Below the pieces are notes generated by a model. That model was not told the origin of the DNA, ran no database searches, and saw only the letters and a list, made by a program, of their open reading frames with translations. From Nemertoderma westbladi (taxonomy: Eukaryota; Animalia; Xenacoelomorpha): a DNA stretch of 64,000 nucleotides. Position numbers and translations under genes: made by a program. The stretch is from the NCBI GenBank assembly GCA_032718475.1, contig JAUCBJ010004194.1:17907-81906 (forward strand), read 5' to 3'. Positions within the stretch are counted from its first letter, which is position 1, and every line of letters begins with the position of its first letter. Below are positions 63,425 to 64,000 of the stretch, in pieces.

Positions 63425-64000
63425 ACATGTAAGTAGATATAATGGTACTACTTCGCCATGCCTACACCTCATGTCATTTTTTAACCATTAATTTATTGGC
63501 ACTATAATATTATATATATAATATAAATATAATATAAAATATAATATAAAATATAATATAAAATATAATATATATATATATATAATATATTATACCCATA
63601 ACCGGATTTTTTATGTAGTAGCTAGTTTTTGCTCCATTTTTTTTTGGCTAGAGTTCCGTATGCAGTCACATTTTATATTTGATATCAATTAATGAATGAT
63701 GTACTTTTTATATTGTAATATTACAACCGACTTCATTGCAACATTTTCAAAAAATATTGTGTTCTAGAACATTAGCTAATCGACTAGCTAGTTATTTTTT
63801 GTTTTAATTTTTGATATATGATTTATTATATAGGCCCAACATATTTTTAATTTCTAAAAATACTGCATTTTTGTGTGTTCTAGAACATTAGTAGATATGT
63901 TTTTTTATGATAGCTAGTATCTTTTGTAATTATAAAAAATGTGAAACATTGATATTTCAGGTTTAAAATGTTTCAGAATACATTAATGACCAAAAATATT

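Overview
AT-rich animal (probably marine invertebrate) genomic DNA, mostly nested transposable elements. I can assemble one host gene on the + strand (about 10672-52926; 8 exons, all introns phase 1; about 447 aa). It encodes a predicted secreted protein: signal peptide, 2 PAN/apple-like domains, EGF, 2 calcium-binding EGF, Mucin2_WxxW. Its introns hold: an intact 1329-aa CRE-like restriction-like endonuclease (RLE) retrotransposon with an N-terminal Ulp1/SUMO-protease domain and an apparently captured GPCR terminal exon in its 3' UTR; an RTE-X-like LINE in a 45-bp minisatellite; a DIRS/Ngaro-type element; RTE, L2 and CR1 remnants; and a ~9.1-kb palindrome (two ~3.6-kb arms) around a decayed Sola2-like transposase. 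Downstream are Penelope, RTE, BEL/Pao and THAP remnants. All family assignments rest on motifs read by eye, with no database searches, and element boundaries are approximate.
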